A stretch of DNA of 63,888 nt, filler included, from Dirinaria sp. TL-2023a (Eukaryota): assembly GCA_051941275.1 (NCBI GenBank). It is 4 parts of 4 records of this genome, joined end to end, with 100 filler letters (N's around TTAATTAATTAA, not from the genome) between each part and the next. Parts side by side here need not be neighbours in the genome. Positions count along the whole stretch, not along the records: positions 48,005 to 63,888 come from JAVEBF010000519.1; 3 more parts are not named here. One strand, given 5' to 3'. Shown here piece after piece: positions 51,078-63,689 of the stretch; the first letter of the stretch is position 1, and the number at the start of each line of letters is the position of its first letter. The notes beneath the pieces were generated by a model. The model had not been told where the DNA came from. It saw only the letters and a program-made list of their open reading frames with translations, and did no database searches. A program made the position numbers and the translations under genes.

Positions 51078-52136
51078 TTATGGTGATTTCGCCCATGTGT
51101 TATGCCACTGATTGTAGTAAGGCTCCATCTCGTTCTCGCAATTCCGGTTCGAGTCGAGCTCACAATTTGGAAATCGTACGACAAAATCTTGATCCTTGTA
51201 CATAACCTCCTTGCCGCCTCTACTGGATATATCAACTCCATACGAGTTGAGAATATTCTGTGGAACCAGCGCCAATTTGGTCAGGATAGTTGGGTGCCAT
51301 TGTACGACATGTTCCTGGGTTGCGATCAACTAAATTCTCGACGATATCGGATGCCATGTTGCGATAACTTACTAACGCATGTCCTTCGGCTTTTTGAAAG
51401 TTATAGCTCCGGTAAAGAGGATCGAACCAAGTGTCCAAGAAGAATCTAGCCCAATTTCCACGACGAAGTATAAAGCTTCCTTGACATAACCCTTCACCAT
51501 CCTGGGTGAGCACAAGGTCTATCTTGTCCCCCTTCAAAAATGAAAAAGTCTTGATGACGCTGTCTGGCGGCACGACGGGTTTATCCTTCAGCATTACGGA
51601 TTCGAGGCGTTTCTTTTCCATTATGTGTGACTCAAGGGTTAAGGAGGGGTTCATAATGAGAGCGTGGGGAGAAAGTGCGAAGAAGTACGTGGTATAGGGA
51701 TATTTGGTCATGGCATGTCGTAGTGCTGGAACAAGAGCCCAGGATTTAGGAGAATTGCCGACGTCATAATCGGTGCTGCTAGGAAAGAACGCGCCATAGC
51801 CTTCCAACGTGAGCTTCTTGTGCCATCCACGGGGGTTTCGTGGAACATACCATGTCGCGCTGCGTAATCCTCCCTATTTTCTTGTATTTTACTTAGATAA
51901 CTTTTGCTCATAGAATCGTGGTCTAGAACGGTGACAACGACAGTATCTGGCGTGCCGGCCGGAGCACGGGATGAAGAGGAGGAGAAAAGCCTGGAGATGA
52001 GGAACACGAGGAGAAGGGCGGAGCAGGCGACGATAGCGCCAAATTGGATCTTCTTTCGCCGTACTGTGCTAGCTCGCGACGGACGGGCATACGGAGGTGG
52101 ATGCGAGGTTTTCCGAGGGGGTAAAGCGAAGTGCAT
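51078..52136 (-). CDS. MNN11: Alpha-1,6-mannosyltransferase subunit Mnn11-like (GT34)
   Basis: MHFALPPRKTSHPPPY, type II TM, ENREDYAARHGY, WFDPLYRSYNFQKAE.HALEHVVQWHPTIL; introns 51850-51801 and 51372-51315. Confidence 0.9.
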
Positions 52137-52591
52137 CTCAGCACAGCAGTTAGCCCTAGGCCCGGGGCCCCTTCAGAGCGTATCAAAGATCGCAGGCCTT
52201 ATGGCTTTCAGTAATGTTCAGGTTCCCAATGCGAAAGCGATTGTGAAGAGTATTGGTCGATTTTGATAATATCTGCAGCCGCGAGAGACAAATTTCGCGG
52301 CATCATACGGGTGGGATCTAAAGCAATATGTGGGTTGTAGATTGAAGCGGACAAGGGACTTTTCCATCGAACCATCCGTGCCAAGCCCGCAAACATGGAG
52401 AGCTGAGATCCCTGCGGAAAAGGAAAAGACCACGCCAAGGAGACGCTAAAGTCGAAAATGCTAATGAGGACAGCTTCAGATTATATTGATAATAATGGTA
52501 TCCCCTGCAAAATGGTCTTCCTGTGAAGAGTCCAGCATCCAATTTTTATTACCCTCTTCACGACCCTATTTTACTTCCTCGCTTTTTCGTC

Positions 52592-54251
52592 ATGTCGTCT
52601 CTTCTGAGAGCATCTAGTCGGCAAGCTACCTCCTGTCGGACATTCTCTCGGACGGTAGCTGCAAGGTCAGCTTCGACTTGGGCGAATGTGCCCCAGGGAC
52701 CTCCAGTGCGCTCCTGACAACTCATAACTTCGTGAAAAAACAGACTAATCATTGGTTCGCAGGATGTGAGTTGACCATTGATACGAGAACCAGTTGAACT
52801 AATAGTGATCCTCCGCGATTGAAGGCAATTCTGGGTTAGCTGAATAGCGTTTGGAGTTATAGGGTATGCTGACTCGCGATCGCAGGTATCACAGAAGCCT
52901 TCAAGGCCGACAGCTTCTCTGAAAAGATCAATCTCGGGGTCGGCGCATACCGTAAGCTTCATGGCACGGAGTTTCTCGAGACTCGAATTGACGGGATTCT
53001 TCTAGGCGATGACAAAGGCAAACCATATGTACTCCCTTCTGTAAAGACCGCCGAGCGAAGAGTCGTCGATTCGAACCTAGACAAGGAGTATGCTGGCATT
53101 ACAGGTGTGCCAGCATTCACCAAAGCTGCTGCTGTGCTAGCGTACGGCTCTACCTCTCCTGTCATAAAGGATGATAGGCTGGTCATCACACAGTCCATAT
53201 CTGGCACAGGTGCCCTACGGATCGGAGGAGAGTTTCTTGCACGTTTCTATCCAAGTGCCAAGAAGATATTCATTCCGTCGCCGAGCTGGGCCAATCACAA
53301 TGCAGTTTTTAAGGATTCAGGTCTTGAGGTTGAGAAATACAGATATTATAACAAGGATACAATTGGGCTGGACTTTGATGGCATGGTGGCAGATCTCAAA
53401 GCCGCACCCGAAGGAAGTATCGTGTTGCTACACGCTTGCGCGCACAACCCCACAGGCATTGACCCCACAGAAGATCAATGGAAACAAATCAGTGAGGTGG
53501 TAAAACAGAAGAATCACTATCCGTTTTTCGACATGGCATACCAAGGCTTCGCTAGTGGCGACACGGACCGAGATGCCTTCGCTGTGAGACACTTTGTACA
53601 ACAGGGTCACCAACTCTGTTTGGCTCAAAGCTTTGCTAAGAACATGGTAAAACCTCAATGCGAATGCCTAGCTGCAACCCTGCTAACAATATCAGGGTCT
53701 GTATGGCGAGCGTGTTGGTGCATTTTCAATCGTGTGCGAATCAGCAGAGGAAAAAAAGCGTGTGGACTCCCAAGTCAAAATTCTCATTCGGCCACTATAT
53801 TCCAATCCTCCAGTCCACGGTGCTCGTATCGCCTCCGAGATCCTGAACGACCCCAAACTGAACCAGCAATGGCTTGCCGAAGTCAAGGGGATGGCAGAGC
53901 GCATTATTCGCATGCGAGCCCTGCTTAAAGAAAATCTCGAGGCGCTTGGCAGCAAGCATGATTGGAGCCATATTACCTCTCAGGTCCGTGAACTCTACTG
54001 GAAGTAACTTCGTCGATGAGAGTGCTAATTCAATTCAGATTGGCATGTTTGCGTACACAGGTTTGACACCGCAACAGATGGAAAAGCTTTCAAAAGAGGT
54101 TCGTTCTAAGTTTGGTATTACTTCTGGTTGCCACTAATGTTCGCTTCAGCATTCGGTATACGCTACCAAGGACGGCAGGATATCTGTTGCAGGTATCACA
54201 TCTGCTAATGTCAAGCGGCTTGCGGAGTCAATACACAAGATCACCCAATAA
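52592..54251 (+). CDS. AAT1: Aspartate aminotransferase, mitochondrial
   Basis: Presequence; PP-D-AILG-ITEAF assembled from microexons; [31 protein letters not shown] lysine in SFAKNMGLYGER; introns 52706-52762, 52766-52824, 52835-52885, 52952-53005, 53647-53695, 53984-54038, 54099-54149. Confidence 0.96.
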
Positions 54252-55164
54252 GGAACTTTTGTGATCGAATTTCGGTGCTAAGATTCCCATTGGCCTTTCA
54301 CTTCAGCGCCGTTTTGGAGCAGGCGTGTTTCCAGTGGTTGAATTCGCGAGAAGCCCGTTGTACGATAATAGATACATTCGGATTGCAGCCGAGCATAGCC
54401 TAGTCTGACAGATGCTTCTAGATCATTTCATTTATCCTTTCGAAGCCTTTCTGTTTGTCGTGAGCCCCGCAGGAGATCGCGATCATCGATATCTAAGAGC
54501 TCCTGATCCGTACGTCATGTCGGAAGCACTCTATGTCGACATCGTGAGCATTTTCTGCAGATGATAAGTACACTTTGATTTTTGCGGAAAAGAGAACGTT
54601 CTAGACTCGCCATGGACTTTATCTGCAATTGGACCGGGTGTCTGTACAGCTGGTTCCCTCCAAATTATTATTGATAATCCACGCACACACGCAACCCAAA
54701 CCCAATATCGGAAGCTTAAGATCTGCACCGGAAGTTTTCTTCGAAGCTGCAATATGGATGCGGGAATACGAGATCACTGACTCGCGAACTCCCCTGAAAG
54801 TACAATTTAAGGTACATGTACGCTCTTAGGCTCTACCAGCGAATTGAATCCTGACGCACGTGCCAATGGCGTATCTGTGAATGCTCCGAAATTTATTGTC
54901 TTGCAGCAACCGCATGCAGTAAATGATCTTCGAGATCCCGACAACCAAACTTCCACACGTTCTAGACCGCGTCTATTTGGCGATCCGGCTAACCAGGCGC
55001 ACAACGACATCACAGCGTATGCCGGTGACGTTGTTATTTCCCGTGCGCCGTTTGGTTTAGCCTTTCCACCTACTTAGGCTGTTGGAATGCCACCAGGTAT
55101 TATCATTATTATTCCAAGAGGCTGGTGGCCTGATACGGCTGTCTGCCTCATGTGGTCGTGTTCG

Positions 55165-55198
55165 CAACAACAACAACAACAACAACATCATCATCATC
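55165..55198. repeat. (CAA)n(CAT)n microsatellite
   Basis: CAA run followed by a CAT run. Confidence 0.85.
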
Positions 55199-56187
55199 CT
55201 AGAGATTGAAGGTCTTGTGAGGGAAGACCCAGGGATGACCCAGCGGAAAGGGATACTTCAGAAGACATAATAATAATAACAGATCACCCTCAATGGTCGC
55301 TTCTGTGACTTTTTTTGTTGAAGTGCCGGCACAGTCTAGGAAATGCACTTCGCTGTAGAGTGCTACTCTAGGTTTCGTTCCTATCACGGAGCTGACGGGA
55401 ACGACGATTTGATGCTGACCCCAATCCAACCCTTCCCTTACCGAGCCTATGATATCATCCCGCTATTGTGTCAAGGGATCTTCTAATGTGTAAAGCACTC
55501 CTTAAGTACATGCTCGCTAGCGATGCGTGTTCCTCCTTCCTAACGTGATGATGAGGCCATTTTCTCTTGGTCATATCCGTCGTGGGGACAGGGTTGGACC
55601 CTGAATTCGTCGAAATAGCCATGCCGCATGCGTGATCAAGACTCCAATGTCCCTAAGCTTCACCAGCTGCCCCCTACGCCTGAACCTCCGCCGACTTGAA
55701 GCATTCTCCTGCTCGCTGTTCCCTTCGCTTGGGCATCACATGCTTTAATATCCCGCGGATCCCCAGCAATATTCTCTCTAACCCAACCTTCTTACCTTCC
55801 TTGGCGCGGCTTTCCCCCGTCACCAGCATATAGGCCTTGAACTATTGCTGGGAGGACTGGATGGTATTTTGCTACCGCTTATTTTGTAAGCTGCTGAAGC
55901 TTGCCTTTGGGAGAGTAGATGATGCTGATCTAGTACGTAGTACCTGCCCATGCGCTTTAGCAATCAGCCCGTCAAATAAGCAAACAAAGCTTCCTTGACC
56001 GTATCAGGGCCTATCCACTATCCCAAGCAGCAGCTACCAGACGCTAGAATAGGCCAGTGAACCGTGTTTGTACCTGGCGCCGGAAACAATACCCGAGACT
56101 CGCCGCCTATCATTCCTATTCATAAATCGGTCCTCTCAACAACACTTACCTAACGATTTCGTGAACGGAAGAGACTGTACAGGCAAG

Positions 56188-56847
56188 ATGGCGGGACGGG
56201 CTGAGGCAGTAAAAGATCCTGTATGTTATGCGCATAATATCGGCCCATGTTCTTCTCTATGGCCTGTGTACCTTTGCAAGGATATGCTTGGCACATGAGC
56301 TGATCCACGCTCTATCGAATAGTCCGAAACCGGTTCTGTAGGGACTTTAGATTTTGGCGATATAGTTGACACAAACACCTTTGAGCAAATCCTTGAAATG
56401 GACGAAGACGAAGAGGAGCGTGAGTTCTCTAGAAGCATTGTCTATGGCTTCTTTGAGCAAGTTGAGGTTACTTTCAAGCAAATGGATGGGTGTCTGTAAG
56501 TGCTCTCTGTTCCCGCTATTTAATGCCATATGATGGCTTCCTACATGCTGTCTTCGGATCTATCCATCATTGACCCTGGCTCGAATAGGGAAGAGCGCGA
56601 CCTCGCGCAACTTAGTTCGCAGGGACACTTTTTAAAGGGTTCTTCCGCAACACTGGGCCTTACCAAGATCAAAGACTCATGCGAGAAAATCCAGCACTAT
56701 GGGGCTCGGAAAGATGAGAGCGGCAGTCCATCCAACCTCTCGGAAGAGGAGTGTCTTCGTCGTATCAGGGCAATATTGAAGGATGTCAAAGAAGAGTACA
56801 AGGACGCTGAGAGAGTCCTGAGACGCTTCTATCACGATGCAAGCTAA
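56188..56847 (+). CDS. YPD1: Histidine phosphotransfer protein Ypd1
   Basis: TFEQILEMDEDEEEREFSRSIVYGFFEQ and GHFLKGSSATLGL (phospho-His); introns 56221-56322 and 56496-56588. Confidence 0.95.
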
Positions 56848-57531
56848 GATGAGCAAACCCCTGAACCGCAGTGTATGGCTCGGGTATGGCTGATAGGAGT
56901 GTCACTTGGATGTTGCCTCTATGATGAAATGTCCTTAGCGAGAAAGTTTGAAATTATCCGCCAGTCTTATGTGTCAGACAACATCCTCACCATCATACTC
57001 TGAAGGTGCACTGGGTACTGTAGTTACGGATTTTTGTGGTGTTTTACAAGCAGATCGGCATGCTGCATACAACCTGCATTTGCGCTTTCCTGGCCTTTTA
57101 TGCCAAGAATAATCCCTGTCCTAGAAACGAGACTTTGGTCTTGGCACGCTCAATCCCTTGCACTTTACCGAGTTCACTTATCATGCTTGTAATCTGCAAC
57201 TTCATTCTCTACAGCTGTTTCAAACCAGCAGCTTTGAACTCAGACTAATCGGCTTCAGGATTGCTGCACCCGTCGCGCCTTCATTTGTATTGCTGTACAT
57301 ATCGGTTTGCTAGGTACCCACAACGCTGCACACGGGGAGAGCAATGTTATACGCGTTAACAATAGTGCCACCTGATACTATCACCGACTGAAAGCATAGT
57401 TTACACTCGAATTCACGTCGCTCTTTTCCCGTTCCCAATTGAAAATTTTCTATCATTGAGTTCGCTCTCCCGTTTCTGGATTTAGAAGATCTTTCCACCT
57501 ACATTGTTGAGGGCCCGAATACCTAAGCGTT

Positions 57532-58377
57532 ATGCCGGGAAAACGATTGACTCACTTTCTGTGTCTACCTCTAGTTACAGGGAGCTCTAGACCTCAGCTG
57601 CAGAATTCATTCCAACAGTTCGCTACAGCTGTGACAAGCAAATACCAGATACCCGACAAGGCCTTGCGTCCAGTAGGAGCAATCCACCTAACTATAGGCG
57701 TCATGAACCTACCAACAGAGGATCAAGTGGAGGCAGCCTCAAAATTACTCAAGTCTTTGGATCTCACTCAGATGCTACGAGAAGCCGCATCATCAGCAGC
57801 GGGGAACCCAGCGCCTGTCTTGGATTCGTCAAATAGCCACGCAGTGGGGGCCACCTTCTGCCAGTCTGAGCAAAATGATGGCACGATCCAGACAGAGCCC
57901 ATGGTTGGAGTTGCGGCGTCTGAAATATCCCCAAAACCATTAGTAGTCCAGTTAAAGGGGCTGGTAAGCATGCATAATCCCTCAAAGACATCTACGTTGT
58001 ACACTGCACCGGTGGATCCAACGCACCGCCTACAGGCTTTTGGTGAGGCACTTCGGGACGCGTTCATAGTTGCGGACCTTCTACTCCCGGACAAGCGACC
58101 ACTGCTGATGCACGCTACGATTGTAAACACGCTATATGCAAGAAAAGTAAAAGGCCGACATAAAGGCTCTGGACACGGGCGGCGTAATCGAAACGCAGAA
58201 AAAGTGGATGCTACCGCTTTATTAGAAGAATTCGCGGCCTACGAATGGGCGGCAGATGTCTGCATCGAGAGAGTCAGTATCTGCGAGATGGGTGCTAAGA
58301 AGGAGATTGTGGATGGAGCTGTGGTCAACGAGCAGTACACGGAAATTGCCAGCGCCCCCATGCCTTCATTGCCTTGA
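57532..58377 (+). CDS. 2H-phosphoesterase, AKAP7 2'-5' RNA-ligase-like / ASCC1-like
   Basis: LTHFLCLPL, two HxT motifs (IHLTIGVM, MHATIVNT), VSICEMGAKK. Confidence 0.88.
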   Translation: MPGKRLTHFLCLPLVTGSSRPQLQNSFQQFATAVTSKYQIPDKALRPVGAIHLTIGVMNLPTEDQVEAASKLLKSLDLTQMLREAASSAAGNPAPVLDSSNSHAVGATFCQSEQNDGTIQTEPMVGVAASEISPKPLVVQLKGLVSMHNPSKTSTLYTAPVDPTHRLQAFGEALRDAFIVADLLLPDKRPLLMHATIVNTLYARKVKGRHKGSGHGRRNRNAEKVDATALLEEFAAYEWAADVCIERVSICEMGAKKEIVDGAVVNEQYTEIASAPMPSLP

Positions 58378-59507
58378 ATGTCTTTCCCGTTACTCATCAA
58401 ACGTTCTGGATTCGTCCCATGATCTATATCATGATGACTAGGCTCTTCGATGCTTACAGATTGTGTTGTCACGGCGGACTGGATTTTCAATATGCCATCT
58501 GAAGCTTGCACAACCGTCTCCAGGCATAAGCAGAGACGCTTCAGCGACTTAGTTGGCCTATGAAACCACACGCTCCCCCTCAGACATTCTAAACATGAAG
58601 TTCCTCCTTGGTGAGCCCCAGCACTTTACCAAGAATCTCAGAGGCTACTTGAATGGTCAGAAATCCATCACTACCATGCAACGGCGGAACTCAAAGAGTG
58701 GTATGAGGTTAAAGGTGTATGGTCCTACTAGTTTCAGTGGGAAATGTGCAATACGATATGTGTTGTCGAGGGATCCAGCCGGGACGGGGTGAACGATGCT
58801 TGCTCTAGATAGACTTCGGGGGACCGATTTCGGTTTTTTGGGAGTGTTTGTGCAAAATAACAATACTTGTGTAGATAATTAGCAATGATTGGCCGTATCG
58901 CTGTTGAGGTGTCTGCCTACTGACTATTGAAGTGTTTCAAGTCGGAGTGGTCTATTGTCCGAAGTAATGATGAATAGGGTCTCAAACGCGCTATGTTGGG
59001 GCTACGCGATGAGTGAATCGCTCCCAAGACACTCACACCCTATTCTTCCACCACCTCGACAATAGTAATAATAATACATACAACTATGCTTCACTCACGA
59101 TAGCCACCCGACTCCGCTAGCCTTCTTTTGTTTTTTACAAGATATAAAGAGCCTCTGATTTCTGAACTTCGTCTTTCTTTCCTTCTTTCCTCCTTCTCAT
59201 CCACCCGTCACCAAAGATCAATCTCACCTTGGAAATCATAAAGCGTACTCGTACATCCCAACACTCCGTATCCATTTCATCGCTCGATACTTACTTTCCA
59301 CATCGCTGCAAAGCTATCACTTCATTCTCTTTGCATCATCCTCCTCGCACCACTGACATTGCTCTGGCAGCAATTGTTCCGTCTTCAACCAATCATCTCC
59401 ACACTCCACAGCGCGCAGCAACCGTTCCACCTTCAACCGGTTATCTGAACACCTCGCAAAAATCAAAGTAGCTTCCAACTCCAACTTCAAACCGTTCGTA
59501 ATCCGTC

Positions 59508-61413
59508 ATGGCTCCTCCAAATCTCCCGGCCTATAGCAAAGACGAGCGCGTGCTGTGTTTTCACCACGAACTTCTCTATGAGGCCAAGGTCCTCGAGCAC
59601 AAACATGCCGACCCTAGCGACAAGAAAACTGCCATCCTCTACCGTGTCCACTACAAAGGATGGAAGAATACGTAAGTTATCTCAACCATCATCTACTATA
59701 TTTGATTATTGCTTTTCTTCGTTTATCCTACTCAACACTTATGCCATCGTTTGGCTCGACATCCATGTTCGAAAAATGCCTCTGCACTCTAGCCGCTCAT
59801 GTGTCGCATGGTCACACTCTATGTTTCTCTTTTATGCTCAAATTCTGGGCCGACCGGCTTTTCGTGTCCAGTATCGCTAAACTACGTCTCTTCTCGCAGG
59901 TGGGACGACTGGGTACCTCAAGATCGCCTCCGCAAATTCACCGAGGAAAACAAAGAGCTCGCTCAGGACCTACGCCAAGACTTGAAGCGAGAGATGGAAG
60001 CTCAACGACAGCGTGCTGCACCTAAATCTGCTGTTGGGCGAAAGAAGACGGCTGGTTCAGACTTCAGCTCGATCCGTGGCAGTGAGGAGCGCCATTCGTC
60101 TGTGCCGGTCACTGGGCGAGGCACCAAGCGCGGACGTGACATGGATCTGGATAAGGTTCGTTGCGAGTTTTCTTCAGTTTTCATTTGGGATACCCAGCAT
60201 TTCGGCACTCCCTTAACCGGCGTTTTTGGATACGAAACTTCTTTGGACTGGGACTATTGCGACATTTATCAAGTTGCGAAACGGCAGAAACAGACACCCT
60301 CTGCCCAGTACTGCTTTGGGCTGGACGGCACTGGGGAAGATCCACCAGAAGAATCGACCGCGGAACAGACAAGTTTGGATGGCGACTTGCCAGCAACCCC
60401 TGGCGGACGAAAGACCCGGCGGGTCCGGGTCAAGACTGCAAAGGCACGAGAGCTTGAAGAATCGTGCGCCAACCAACCGGGGGAGGCAGCGGCGAAGAAG
60501 CCAAAGCCCAAGCCCAAGCCCAAGCCCAAGAGAGTGGCGACACTGAAGAGAGAGGCCTCAGTTGAGGCCAAACCAGTACCAGCGGTGATGACCAAAGGCC
60601 AACCAAAGGATTCCGCAGCTACAACTTCAACAAAGCCTCGGTCAAAGCGGACCTCGCCGGGCCCACAACGTGACGGTCCGAAAGTCAGCCATCGGGAAAA
60701 GGAGTACACGCTGCCAGAAATTCCACCCGGCTATCATGGAGAAGACAAGTTTGAGAAAGGCAGAATTAACGGGTCGAAACAGGAAGAAGCATTCCACTCG
60801 CGCCCCGCCGTTCGCCTTCCCATCCCGGACCACCTCAAGGCCCTTCTGGTAGACGATTGGGAAAACGTGACCAAGAATCTCTCCCTCGTACCTCTTCCAT
60901 CCGCGCACCCTGTCAGCGAAATCCTGACCGCCTATCTCGAAGAAGAGAAGCTGAAACGACGCCCTGGATCAGCAGAGTGGGACCTTGTGGAGGAAGTTGT
61001 TGCGGGTTTGAAGGAGTACTTCGACCAGACGCTCGGACGGATCCTTTTGTATCGCTTTGAGCGTGAACAGTATTTCCAGGTGAGGAAAAAGATGGAGAAG
61101 GGAGACGTGAAGTTTGTGGATAAGACGGCAAGTGACATCTACGGGGCGGAGCACTTGTGTCGCCTGTTTGGTGAGTTCTATTGCGAAGTTTCGACAACGA
61201 CCGCGTGTCTGCAGGCCTACTAATACTGCTATATCAGTCACGCTTCCCGAACTCATCGCGCAGACGAACATGGACACGCAATCGGTCAATCGCCTCCGCG
61301 AGGAGCTGACGAAGATTACCTCCTGGCTTGGCAAAAACTCCCAGAGGTTCTTCACGGCCGAGTACGAAGTTGCTAGCGCGGAATATACCGAGAAAGCCCG
61401 TGGTGCTGAATGA
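59508..61413 (+). CDS. EAF3: Chromatin modification protein Eaf3 (MRG15 family)
   Basis: Chromo-barrel VLCFHHELLYEAKVL...YRVHYKGWKNTWDDWV; MRG domain LKALLVDDWENVTK, LGRILLYRFER, YGAEHLCRLF; introns 59672-59899, 60156-60782, 61171-61237. Confidence 0.95.
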
Positions 61414-62275
61414 TTTGGTGCATGGTATCGATGGTCGGCGGTAGTGGCTAGAATGAAAAAGGAATGGGATAAGGTATCGAATGAGAGCACCTGCATCAGC
61501 CACCGTGGCGAGAGCAAAAGAAAAAGAAAAGAAGAAAAAACAATTGCATTATTATTACAGGGCGGGGATTTGGTGCACATCAGTGAGTTTTGCAACTGGG
61601 AAGTGCAATCTTAAGCGACTTCCACAAATCTGGCCAGAGTCTTTTTCTCCGCGAAGCAGATGCTTCTCCGCGCACATAAATGTCTTCACCAGTTTGGCCT
61701 GCATGCAACACTGGATACAAGTGCTCTACTGATAGCATAGATCGGATAGCCATTAACTAGCTCAATTCAATTGCTTTTTCCACCCAAGAACCCGGTTCTG
61801 CATTACTTGACGCTCAGATCGCCCATGTAAAACGTGACAGCTGACCAGATCTTCAAGCCAGTGGGCAGGAACAGCCTATTCCACACCACGCTTCGTACCC
61901 ACATCAACGCCAGATGGCGCAGCCTAGTTGTGAGGGGAATGCTGCTTTTCATCCATCGAGCCTCTCAGAAATTGGCGCTTACAATACAAGACCGGTGCCT
62001 GCTTCCCCTCTTCACCAGCTGGGCCTTTGCGGCGAGGGGAAGCTGCAATTCAGAAATCAGGGGTCCAAGGCGGTTGATATAAAGTCACGAGAAAATTCTC
62101 ACGAAAGTGATTATTGCTTCAAGCAGCGATTGTTGGTGACTTGCAGGAGCCTGACTTACCCCACGTACCCATCATCATAAAGTATTGAATCATATCGCTT
62201 ATCGATAAGCAAAACCAACCTTTCCCCTTAAAACATCCGAGCTCAAGAACTTCCCATAAATACTCGAGAATTACC

Positions 62276-63182
62276 ATGGCTGGAAACGGTACGTACAATG
62301 TACGCTCGCTCGTGTACTCGCAACCTCAGACTGTGCCATTCACACGTCTCCCTTCTCTCTACCCCAGCAGCCAGATTCTCCACAGCACTGCCCCGCAGCC
62401 TTCCAAACCCTCATAGCCAACCCCCAAAAACAGGCGCTCCTACCACATCCGCAACAAGCGGTCTCTCACCCCCTCTTCCCATTTCCTCTCCCTTCACCCC
62501 CAAACCGCCTTGTTCCACCATCAAACTAACAACATCTCAATCATAAACAGACGCCTTCCTCGACGCTCTCGAGCGCAATAAGAAATGGGCCGCCCGCACC
62601 GCCAAAGACCAGCCCGACCTCTTCCCCACCTGCGCAAAGGGCCAATCCCCTAAAATCCTGTGGCTCGGGTGTTCCGACTCTCGGGTGCCGGAATCGACGC
62701 TGCTGGACCTGTGCCCGGGCTCGGTCTTCGTGCACCGGAACATCGCCAACGTGCTGACGTCCACGGACCTCAGTTCCACGGCCGTGATCACGTACGGCGT
62801 CGAGCACCTCAAGGTCGACCACGTCGTTGTCTGCGGGCATACCTCGTGCGGCGGCGTCGCGGCCGCGATGGGCAATGCGCGGCTCGGGGTGCTCGATCTC
62901 TGGCTCACGCCGTTGAGGGAGTTGAGGGCGCGCTTCAAACCATTGTGGGCGAAGGAGGGATTGAGTGAGGAGGATATGAAGGCGCGACTGGTGGTCGAGA
63001 ATGTGAAGCAGGGCGTCAAGACGGTTCGGGAGAATCCTGAGGTCACGGCCGCGGTCAAGGAGAGGGGCTTGCGTGTGCATGGGGTCGTGTATAATATCGG
63101 TAGCGGGGAGCTTAAGCTGGTCGAGACCAAGGAGCCGCATCCTGAGCAGAGTGCGCGCGAGGAAGCATTCTTGATCACTTAG
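62276..63182 (+). CDS. Beta-class carbonic anhydrase (Nce103-like)
   Basis: Exon 1 MAGN (62276-62288), intron 62289-62550; Zn ligands in WLGCSDSRVPE and CGHTSCGG; VFVHRNIAN. Confidence 0.95.
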
Positions 63183-63261
63183 GGAAGAGTGCATTGGGAC
63201 TATTTGGGGTGGGCGGTTGAAATGTTGAGCGAGTGAGGGTTAGCGATGGTGGTGGGGAGAG

Positions 63262-63287
63262 GTGTGTGTGTGTGTGTGTGTGTGTGT
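63262..63287. repeat. (GT)n microsatellite
   Basis: Perfect GT run. Confidence 0.9.
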
Positions 63288-63665
63288 ATGGTAGTCAGTC
63301 GAGTACGGTAGAGGAGCTTGAGTGCTACAATCAAGAGCTTTGAAGAAAAAAATCATTGCCCTGCCGAATGTCATTGCATTACATCCCACTGCTTTATACA
63401 TAATGTATCTAACGTTCATATTATACTACCTACATGTACTCAACTACCTTATCCCCATCTTTAAATCGAAAGTCCAAGTAACATATCCCATTCTTTATTG
63501 TATTTGATTTCCATTTTCGACAGAAAAAATCTCATCCTACATCCATCCATCCCTCCTTTCTTAATACTTCCTTTCATCAAAATCTCAAGCTTAGCAATCA
63601 GCAATGAGCCAGCAGTCAGCAGAAACACGGAAATTAAATCAAATTCATGCCTTCAACATGCTTTC

Positions 63666-63689
63666 ATATATATATATATATATATATAT
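63666..63689. repeat. (AT)n microsatellite
   Basis: Perfect AT run. Confidence 0.9.

Noticed and set aside
55546..55604. Possible box C/D snoRNA (GTGATGA...CTGA)
   Set aside because: No convincing terminal stem or recognisable rRNA guide sequence.
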